In this document: piece by piece, positions 55,229 to 62,418 of the stretch | Layout of the letters: every line of letters starts with the position of its first letter | Numbering within the stretch: position 1 is the first letter of the stretch | Assembly (NCBI GenBank): GCA_014584575.1 | Contig: JACTMP010000063.1 | Span: forward strand, 1-64,000 | Length of the DNA stretch: 64,000 bases | Direction: 5' to 3' | Origin: Chloroflexota bacterium | GTDB lineage: Bacteria > Chloroflexota > Anaerolineae > Promineifilales > Promineifilaceae | Notes under the pieces: generated by a model | Seen by the model: the letters and a program-made list of their open reading frames with translations, nothing else | What the model was told of the DNA's origin: nothing | Databases searched by the model: none | Program-made: the position numbers and the translations under genes

Positions 55229-57109
55229 TTAAAATGGAAACAAAAGCGGCAGCACCAGCACCACCTCAACCAGCGCAATAAAGATGAGCGGGATGCCCAC
55301 TTTGGCGTAGTCGCCAAAACGGTAATGCCCGGCGCCCATCACCAGCGTATTGGTGGGCGAGGCCACCGGCGTGGCAAAAGCCATCGAAGCGGCAATGGCA
55401 ATGGCCATCAGAAAAGCCTGGGGCTGCACACCCAACTGGCTGGCCGAGGCCATCGCCAGCGGGGCCACAATGACGGTGGTGGCTGTGTTGGAGATAAACT
55501 GAGTAAAAGCGGTGGTAAACAAAAACAGCCCGGTCAGCACCGCCACCGGCCCAATAGGCCCCAGCGAACTGACCAGCCCTTGCGCGGCCCAATCCACCAC
55601 GCCTGTCTTTTCCAGCGCCGTGCTCAGCGGGATCATCCCGGCAATCAAAAAGAGGCTGCGCCAGTCAATAAACTCATACGCCTCGTCCATCGTCAGGCAG
55701 CGGGTGAGTACCATGGCCAGAGCGGCGACCATGGCCACGGCCGTCAGCGAGGCCACCCCCGCAATCATCGCCACAATCATGCCCACCAGGATGAGCAGCG
55801 CCAGTCTGGATTTATCTTTGCGTGGCGCTTCAATCATGGATTCCGGCTGGCCGATGACCACAAAGTCGCGCCGTTTGTTTTTGAGGGCCACAATTTGTTC
55901 CCATGGTCCCTGCACCAGCAAAATATCGCCAAAGGCCAGCCGGGTGGAGGCCAGTTCCAACGGTTTGTGGGCGCCAGGCCGGTTGATGCTGAGGACGGTC
56001 AGTTTATGGTTGGTGCCAAACCGCTCTTCGGCCAGCGTCTTACCGATCAGGCTGGAGCGGCGGGGCAGCAGCACCTCAGCCACGCCCACTTCGCGGCTGA
56101 TGAGCGCCTTTTCGTCTTTGGGCACGGCCGGCTGCACACCCAGGTTCCAATGGGCGGCGGCGTGGGCCACGTCGTCTGCTTCCCCTTTGACGATCAGCAC
56201 GTCGTCCAACTGGATGACGGTATCATTTTGAGCGACGATGGCCGTGTCTGGGGCAGGAGTCAGCGGTACACTGTTGAAGGGGCGGCGGGCGAATTCAAAC
56301 AACGGCCGTGTCTCCGCCGGGCGCATAATCTTCAACACCGTCACGCCAAAGTCCCGCCCTAACTCTGTTTGCACAATGGGTTTGCCAATGATTTCCGAGC
56401 CGCGCCGTACCCGCAGCCGCAGCAGTTGGTCGGGCAATTTGTATTCATTGACCAGCTCTTTAGGCGTGGGCAGCCGCTGCGCGTCTACCTGGGGCCGCCG
56501 GTCTGGCAGCAGTCGGCGGCCGATAACGGTCATGTACAAAATGCCGCTCGTCGTCAGGATGAAGCCCATAGGGGTGAAGCTGAAAAAGCTAAACCCTTCA
56601 TACCCCCCGGCTACCAGCACATCCCGCACAATGATGTTGGGTGGTGTGCCAATCAGGGTGCTGGCCCCACCCAACAGCGAACCGTAGGAAAGGGTCATCA
56701 GCAGGCGCGAGGGGCTGAGGTTGGCGTTACGTGCCAGGACGATGGCGGCGGGCAGCAGCACGGCTACCGTGCCCGTATCGCTCATAAAGCAGGAGAGCAG
56801 CGCCACCGCGCCCATGAGGACGATGGTCAGGCGGCCTTCGTGGTGCCCGGCAATGGCCAGGATGCGGCGGCCAATGGTCCCGGCCAGGCCGGTGTTCATC
56901 ACCCCGCCGCCAACGATGAAGAGGGAGCCAATGGTGAGCACGGCCGTGCTGGAAAACCCCGCCAGCGCTTCCCCGGTGGTGAGCAAGCCGCTGAGCATCA
57001 ACAGCACTACCACGCCCAGGGCGACAATGTCTACCCGTAATTTTTCGCTGATGAATAAAAACACGGCCGCGACGAGAATGCCTACGGCCAGCCACATGTC
57101 GGCAGTCAT
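55229..57109 (-). CDS. SLC13/DASS-family anion permease with two central TrkA-C (RCK_C) domains
   Basis: N- and C-terminal TM bundles flank two RCK_C-like repeats (…IIGKPIVQTELGRDFGVTVLKI… / …LIGKTLAEERFGTNHKLTVLSI…). Confidence 0.75.
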   Translation of the reverse strand: MTADMWLAVGILVAAVFLFISEKLRVDIVALGVVVLLMLSGLLTTGEALAGFSSTAVLTIGSLFIVGGGVMNTGLAGTIGRRILAIAGHHEGRLTIVLMGAVALLSCFMSDTGTVAVLLPAAIVLARNANLSPSRLLMTLSYGSLLGGASTLIGTPPNIIVRDVLVAGGYEGFSFFSFTPMGFILTTSGILYMTVIGRRLLPDRRPQVDAQRLPTPKELVNEYKLPDQLLRLRVRRGSEIIGKPIVQTELGRDFGVTVLKIMRPAETRPLFEFARRPFNSVPLTPAPDTAIVAQNDTVIQLDDVLIVKGEADDVAHAAAHWNLGVQPAVPKDEKALISREVGVAEVLLPRRSSLIGKTLAEERFGTNHKLTVLSINRPGAHKPLELASTRLAFGDILLVQGPWEQIVALKNKRRDFVVIGQPESMIEAPRKDKSRLALLILVGMIVAMIAGVASLTAVAMVAALAMVLTRCLTMDEAYEFIDWRSLFLIAGMIPLSTALEKTGVVDWAAQGLVSSLGPIGPVAVLTGLFLFTTAFTQFISNTATTVIVAPLAMASASQLGVQPQAFLMAIAIAASMAFATPVASPTNTLVMGAGHYRFGDYAKVGIPLIFIALVEVVLVLPLLFPF

Positions 57110-57127
57110 AAGGTGTTACCTCGTTGG

Positions 57128-57196
57128 GGTTGCAGGTTGCAGGTTGCAGGTTGCAAGTGGCAGGTTGCAAGTGGCAGGTTGCAAGTAGTAGGTTGC
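57128..57196. repeat. heptamer array GGTTGCA/AGTGGCA (left flank of the four-helix-bundle gene)
   Basis: ggttgcaggttgcaggttgcaagtggcaggttgcaagtggcaggttgcaagtagtaggttgc. Confidence 0.85.
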
Positions 57197-57221
57197 TTTC
57201 TGCCTGCCATTTGTAACCTGA

Positions 57222-57662
57222 CTAACCTTTCTTCCAACGGCGTTGTTGGTCAATGACGATAATGAGATTGGCGATGATTTCATCTGCCAGCCCAAAGCGG
57301 TGATTGAGCAATTCTGGTTCAAAAACATGGCGGCCCCGGTAGTACCAACCTCTGGTCTCCCTGGCCGAACCAAGTGAAATTTTCAGGAAACGAGCATAAT
57401 CTTTACCATAACCCCGCCCAAAGCCTTCTTCAATGTTGGCAGCAATTGATCCGGAGCTATCAATAAGTTGCCAGGCGACCCCTCTGCCACGCTCATCGGC
57501 CAACAGCTTTTCGCTATCAAACCAGGCCAGGTCTGATAAGAACAATGCCAGGCGGTATGTCTTGAAATCCCATAACGAATCCTTCGTGATACTTTGCGGT
57601 ACCTGTGCTAACCACTCCTCATATTTCTTAAAACCCATGCCACCTCCTGAAAAAACAGCCAC
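57222..57662 (-). CDS. four-helix-bundle protein (23S rRNA intervening-sequence-protein family)
   Basis: SIAANIEEGFGRGYGKDYARFLKISLGSARETRGWYY matches the family signature (…SIPANIAEG.gR….F..A.GS..E….). Likely start is the internal ATG at 57638, which has a GGAGGTG SD. Confidence 0.55.
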   Translation of the reverse strand: MAVFSGGGMGFKKYEEWLAQVPQSITKDSLWDFKTYRLALFLSDLAWFDSEKLLADERGRGVAWQLIDSSGSIAANIEEGFGRGYGKDYARFLKISLGSARETRGWYYRGRHVFEPELLNHRFGLADEIIANLIIVIDQQRRWKKG

Positions 57663-57701
57663 TTGTCACCTGCCACTTGCCACCTGCCACCTGCCACTTG
57701 C
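57659..57701. repeat. heptamer array CCACTTG/CCACCTG (right flank; reverse complement of the left-flank array)
   Basis: ccacttgtcacctgccacttgccacctgccacctgccacttgc. Confidence 0.85.
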
Positions 57702-59185
57702 TACTCCACCTTCCCCTCCGCCCACAATTGGCGGAACGGTTTGGGGGCCAGGGAGGGCAGGGCACGGCCGTCGCCCACATTCACCGGCAGTTTTAAGCCA
57801 TCGTCGTGTTGGAACGGCCATTGCCCCCAGCGTCCCAGTTTTGTAAAAAAATTCATTCGCCCCTCGCTGCCCAGCACAAAGGCGGCAAACTCCTCTGCTT
57901 TGCGTTCACGCCAGGGCAGCAGGTGGGCGGCGACTTCATCCTGGCGCAGTTGCAGCAGCATCCGGGGCAGGTCAATGCGCGCCGGGCAGGCATCTTTGCA
58001 GGCGCCACAAAGGGTGCTGGCCTGGGGTAGGGCGGCATACTCTTCCAGACCAAAGAGCAGCGGCGTCACCACCGCCCCCACCGGCCCGCTGTAGGGGCTG
58101 CCATAGGCGTGGCCGCCCGCTTTTTTGTAGACCGGGCAGACGTTCAGGCAAGCCCCACAGCGGATACATTGCAGGATTTCTTCGTAAGGCGTACCGGCAA
58201 GCTGGCTACGGCCGTTGTCCAGCAAAATGATATGCACTTCTTCCGGCCCGTCGGGCTCGTCGGTGCGGCGGTCGCCGGAACGGCGGGGGCCGGTGATGGC
58301 GGTGGTGTAAATGGACATCGGTTGGCCGGTGGCGCTGCGCGCCAGCAGCGCCAGCCAGGTGGCGGCGGCGTCCCAATCCGGGCAAATTTTTTCAATGCCC
58401 ATGATGGCAATGTGAACGGGGGGCGCGGAGGTGACCAGACGGCCGTTGCCCTCGTTTGTCACCAGCACCAGCGTGCCCGTTTCGGCAATGCCCAGGTTGC
58501 CGCCGCTGATGCCCAGACCCGCGGCGAGGAATTGGGTGCGCAACATGCGCCGCGCTTCGGCGGTGAGGCCATCAATATCGTCGGCGGGTAACGGCCGTCC
58601 CACCTCTTTGCTAAACAGTTCAGCCACCTGGTGGCGCGTCTTGTGGATGGCCGGGCCGATGATGTGCGACGGCGGCTCACCGGCCAACTGGATGATCCAT
58701 TCGCCCAGGTCGGTCTCCACCGGTTCAATGCCGTTGGCCTCCAGCGCCGCGTTCAGGTGAATTTCCTCGGTAACCATGGATTTGCTTTTGGTTACCAGTT
58801 CCACGCCGCGCTGCCGGGCAATGCCCAGCACCACATCTACCGCATCCTGTCCGGTTTGCGCCCAATGCACCTGCGCCCCCGCGGCCGTGGCCCGCTGCTC
58901 AAACAGTTCCAGGTAATGGGCCAGGTTGGCCAGCGTGGCGGCGCGGATTTTTTTGAAGTGGTCGCGCAAGGCGTTGGCGTCGGGCAGTTCGGTGAGAGCG
59001 GAGGTACGGCCGTTGACAAACGTGTTGGTGGCTCCGGTTAGCGCCCCTTGCAGGTGAACATCGGCAATGGCGACGGTGGCGCTGTGCCGAAATTGGGACA
59101 TGGTGGCCGATTGGGGTACAGACATATTCCTCAAGGTAGCCCGGTGGCAGCCCCACCGCAGCGTGTAGTTTATGATGGTCGGCAA
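57701..59185 (-). CDS. lutB: LutB-like iron-sulfur protein (two 4Fe-4S ferredoxin motifs + DUF3390-like C-terminus)
   Basis: CIRCGACLNVCPV and CGACKDACPARI cysteine clusters, size ~494 aa, N-terminal LUD-like domain. Confidence 0.7.
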   Translation of the reverse strand: MPTIINYTLRWGCHRATLRNMSVPQSATMSQFRHSATVAIADVHLQGALTGATNTFVNGRTSALTELPDANALRDHFKKIRAATLANLAHYLELFEQRATAAGAQVHWAQTGQDAVDVVLGIARQRGVELVTKSKSMVTEEIHLNAALEANGIEPVETDLGEWIIQLAGEPPSHIIGPAIHKTRHQVAELFSKEVGRPLPADDIDGLTAEARRMLRTQFLAAGLGISGGNLGIAETGTLVLVTNEGNGRLVTSAPPVHIAIMGIEKICPDWDAAATWLALLARSATGQPMSIYTTAITGPRRSGDRRTDEPDGPEEVHIILLDNGRSQLAGTPYEEILQCIRCGACLNVCPVYKKAGGHAYGSPYSGPVGAVVTPLLFGLEEYAALPQASTLCGACKDACPARIDLPRMLLQLRQDEVAAHLLPWRERKAEEFAAFVLGSEGRMNFFTKLGRWGQWPFQHDDGLKLPVNVGDGRALPSLAPKPFRQLWAEGKVE

Positions 59186-59321
59186 TTTTAGTGGGAGATG
59201 GCGATTTTACAAAATGAATCAATCGCCCCGAATGTGTTGTTTTGTTATACTCGCCCTGCTTCAAGACCCTGGCGGTTTCAAAAAATCTTAGGAACGCGAA
59301 GTAAATAACCTACAGGAGAAT

Positions 59322-59367
59322 GGAGATTAGAGATTGGAGATTGAACCAATCTCTAATCTCCATTCTC
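59322..59367. repeat. inverted GAGATTA/GAGATTG heptamer hairpin (same family as 29020 and 11199)
   Basis: ggagattagagattggagattgaaccaatctctaatctccattctc. Confidence 0.8.
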
Positions 59368-59434
59368 AGTTCTGTAAGTTTTTTTATTTTCGCTCCATAG
59401 GATCTATAGCAACCATCACCGAAGGAGGTTTCTC

Positions 59435-60880
59435 GTGGATCCCTGGTCAATCATATCAATCATTTTCACTGTGTACGTTATTGTGGTGGCGATTTTTGTC
59501 ATCTCTGAAAATCGGTCGCCACAATCAACCTTTGCCTGGTTATTTTTGTTTGTCACTTTCCCGTTGTTGGGGGTGCTGATTTACATCTTTTTTGGGCGTG
59601 GCGCCCATACCTTCAGCCAGGAGCGGGACATTGCCCGCACCAAACTGCTGGATGAATTTGTGGCTGACCTGGGGGTGCTGGCGCAGCGGCAGGAAGAATA
59701 TATCCAGCGCATTGCTCAGGAACGGCCGTCTTCATACAAAAAACGGCTACTGCGTCTGGTGCAGCAAAGCTCCAGTTCCGTCCTCACCGGCATGAATGAG
59801 GTAGAGATTTTGCAGGACGCGACCCAAAAATACCCGCGTCTGCTGGCAGACATCAAAGCGGCAGAGCATCACGTTCACCTCAATTACTACATCTGGACGG
59901 AGGATGATTTCACCCTTCAGATAAAAGAGGCGCTCATTGAACGCGCCAAAGCGGGCGTGGAAGTGCGCTGCCTGTTTGATGCGTCTGGTGGGGCCATGAG
60001 CAAACAGTATTTACAGGATTTGCGAGACGCCGGGGTGCAAATTCACCCCTATCTGGAATTCCGTTCGCTGAAAATGCTGCACACCGCCAACTATCGCAGT
60101 CACCGCAAGATTGCCGTGATTGACGGCCGTATCGGCTACGTTGGCGGCCTCAATCTGGACAAGGAGCAAATTGAGCCACCGGCATTCGACCGCTGGCGCG
60201 ACACCCATTTGCGCATGATCGGCGAAGCGGCGCATGGATTACAGGCCAGTTTTGCCATAAGCTGGTACACCACCACCCAGGAAAAAATCACCGGCCCCTC
60301 GTATTACCCCCCGGTGGAAGTGAATACCTTCCTGCCGGTGCAAATCACCCAGGGCGGCCCAGACTCCCAATGGAAAGCGATCCGGCAGGTCTACTTCCTG
60401 ATGATTACTTCCGCCGAAGACCGGATTTATCTGCAATCACCCTTTTTCATCCCCGACGAAAGCATTTTGGAAGCGCTCAAAGCGGCGGCATTGGCCGGGG
60501 TGGACGTGAACCTCATGTTCACGCCGCGTGGCTCTACCTATCAGGTGCCGTACCGCGCTGCCCATACCTATTTCCGCGAAGTGGTGGAAGCGGGCGCAAA
60601 AGTGTATTTGTATGAGGGGGGCTATTTCCATCCCAAGACACTCAACATTGATAGCGCCGTTGTTTCCATTGGCACGGCCAACATGGACATCCGCAGCTTT
60701 AATCTGGACTACGAAACCAACGCCATCATCTATGACGAAGGCAAATCTAAAGAGATGGAAGCGCAGTTCATGGAAGATTTGAAAAGCTGCAAGCAGTGGA
60801 CGCTGGCGGAATACAAGAGCTATTCGGCAGGGCACCGGTTTGTGGATTCCGTTTACCGGCTGGCGTCGCCGCTGTTATAG
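59435..60880 (+). CDS. cls: cardiolipin synthase (PLD superfamily, two HKD motifs)
   Basis: GTG start after a GGAGG RBS. Two N-terminal TM helices. HKD motifs HRKIAVIDGRIGYVGGLN and HPKTLNIDSAVVSIGTANMD. Confidence 0.85.
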   Translation: MDPWSIISIIFTVYVIVVAIFVISENRSPQSTFAWLFLFVTFPLLGVLIYIFFGRGAHTFSQERDIARTKLLDEFVADLGVLAQRQEEYIQRIAQERPSSYKKRLLRLVQQSSSSVLTGMNEVEILQDATQKYPRLLADIKAAEHHVHLNYYIWTEDDFTLQIKEALIERAKAGVEVRCLFDASGGAMSKQYLQDLRDAGVQIHPYLEFRSLKMLHTANYRSHRKIAVIDGRIGYVGGLNLDKEQIEPPAFDRWRDTHLRMIGEAAHGLQASFAISWYTTTQEKITGPSYYPPVEVNTFLPVQITQGGPDSQWKAIRQVYFLMITSAEDRIYLQSPFFIPDESILEALKAAALAGVDVNLMFTPRGSTYQVPYRAAHTYFREVVEAGAKVYLYEGGYFHPKTLNIDSAVVSIGTANMDIRSFNLDYETNAIIYDEGKSKEMEAQFMEDLKSCKQWTLAEYKSYSAGHRFVDSVYRLASPLL

Positions 60881-61018
60881 GGTGATGATTGCGTAACGGC
60901 TGACACGGCCGTGTGCCCCAGGTAATCGTACACGGCCGTCTAGGTTCTCTCTGGCATCACCTCATTGTCAACATATGTCGCCGGTGAAATGAGACGCTGC
61001 TGGCATACCTGCCATCGT

Positions 61019-61047
61019 TTTACAATTCACGGCACTTGACATATAAT
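61019..61047 (+). promoter_or_regulatory. near-consensus sigma70-type promoter: TTTACA -17 nt- TATAAT, about 43 nt upstream of the EAD-like gene
   Basis: ttttacaattcacggcacttgacatataat read directly. AT-rich and conspicuous in a 60% GC background. Confidence 0.45.
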
Positions 61048-61089
61048 TTCGCCAGCTTTAGCTGTATTGTCATTCACTAAGAGAGTTTC

Positions 61090-62418
61090 ATGTCTGACCA
61101 GGTTACGCCCCTACCCAACGGGGAACAACCCGTTGATACCAACAAACTATTGCGGGTACTCATTGAACTGTTCAGCGAACAGGAACTACGCGATCTCTGT
61201 TTTGAGCTACGTCTGGATTATGAAAACCTGGAAGGAAGCGCCAAAAAAGACAAGGCGCGTGAACTCATCAACTACTTTTTCCGTCGCCGCCGCCTCAACG
61301 TTCTGATCACTGTTTTTCGGGAGCATCGCCCGCATGTTACCCTGGAAGAGCTTCTATTAAAGGAGGGCGAGATAGACTCTTCGACCACGATTGTGGGGCT
61401 GCCCACCACACTACCTTCAGCCCCCAAAGATATGTCCAATACCATGCTGGTGAGCAAAAGTTTTGTTACCCTGCTGCGTTTGCTCACTCGCCCCGACATG
61501 CGCGCCGCTGTTGTTGCCTTTCAGACTGATTTCCAGGCTGCCTCCAGCCAGATTGACCAGATGAATGATTTTAAGCTGGCGCATGATCTCTTTCAGGAGT
61601 TAGAAAACCGCTACTTTCTCATCCAGAATGATGAGCGCCGCCTGCCTGCCGATGACATGGCCTGGGATAGCATTGCCATCAATGAACCAGAGTTGCAGGG
61701 CAAAATCAGCGATTTGCGCGTGGTGACGCAGCGCCCCACCTTTGCCACGAACGAAGCGCGCTGGATGGAGCAGTTGGAAAAAGTAAGCGATAGCATTCGC
61801 GTTGGCGTGGAACAGTTTGATCTGGATGAACTCAAGCGGGGTACCAACCTGCTGTATCGCGTCCTCAACCGCACTCCATCGCGCATCAATGCCCAACTGG
61901 TTTCCACCGCGACGGCGCTGCGCCTGGACGCGCTGGAACAAGCCATGCAGACCATCAACACCAATCTTTCTGCCAGCGATTTGAAGCTGGACAGCGTGGT
62001 GGAGGAGATCGCCAGTGGCGTAGCCGCGTTATCGGGGCTGGATGAACGGCTGAAGGTATTGGTGAAGGAGCATAACGCCTGGCAGGAGATAGATGATGAG
62101 CTGCGCCGGGTTGAAGCGGGGCTAAGCCAAAGCATTGATGAATTGGACGACGCCTGGTTTGATCTGGAGCCGATGGCGCGTGACCTGACGGCGGGGCAAA
62201 GTGTGGAGTGGGCCACAGAGCTAAATGATGTAGTAGATAAGCTGGATGAGGCGCTCAAGGAAAAGGTGATAGTGACGGTGCGCCGTCTCTTCCGCCGTTT
62301 CCAGAGCCAGGTGCGGCGCCGTTTCCGGCAGGTGGATTTAGAGTTGTTAACCTTGTGTCAGGATTTGCAGCGGGTGGGCGAATCGCTGGATTTGTTGTTG
62401 AGGCAGTTTGAAAAATGA
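61090..62418 (+). CDS. protein with N-terminal death-like EAD-type (effector-associated) domain and long helical C-terminal region
   Basis: The N-terminus LLRVLIELFSEQELRDLCFELRLDYENLEGSAKKDKARELINYFFRRRRLNVLITVFREHRP matches my memory of the EAD1-like pattern (L..L...FS..EL..LCF.L.vDYENL.G..K..KAREL..Y..RR.RL..L). The rest is predicted helical/coiled-coil. The stop overlaps the next start (ATGA). Confidence 0.4.
   Translation: MSDQVTPLPNGEQPVDTNKLLRVLIELFSEQELRDLCFELRLDYENLEGSAKKDKARELINYFFRRRRLNVLITVFREHRPHVTLEELLLKEGEIDSSTTIVGLPTTLPSAPKDMSNTMLVSKSFVTLLRLLTRPDMRAAVVAFQTDFQAASSQIDQMNDFKLAHDLFQELENRYFLIQNDERRLPADDMAWDSIAINEPELQGKISDLRVVTQRPTFATNEARWMEQLEKVSDSIRVGVEQFDLDELKRGTNLLYRVLNRTPSRINAQLVSTATALRLDALEQAMQTINTNLSASDLKLDSVVEEIASGVAALSGLDERLKVLVKEHNAWQEIDDELRRVEAGLSQSIDELDDAWFDLEPMARDLTAGQSVEWATELNDVVDKLDEALKEKVIVTVRRLFRRFQSQVRRRFRQVDLELLTLCQDLQRVGESLDLLLRQFEK

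Noticed and set aside
1670-59367. Possibility that the tandem heptamer arrays are CRISPR arrays.
   Set aside because: The repeat unit is 7-8 nt with no unique spacers. Arrays are 30-70 nt and occur at dozens of loci. No cas genes are present.
59334-59579. ORF 59334..59579 (+) upstream of and overlapping cls.
   Set aside because: It starts inside the GAGATT hairpin and overlaps the cls N-terminal TM region in another frame. The cls GTG with its GGAGG RBS is the supported start.
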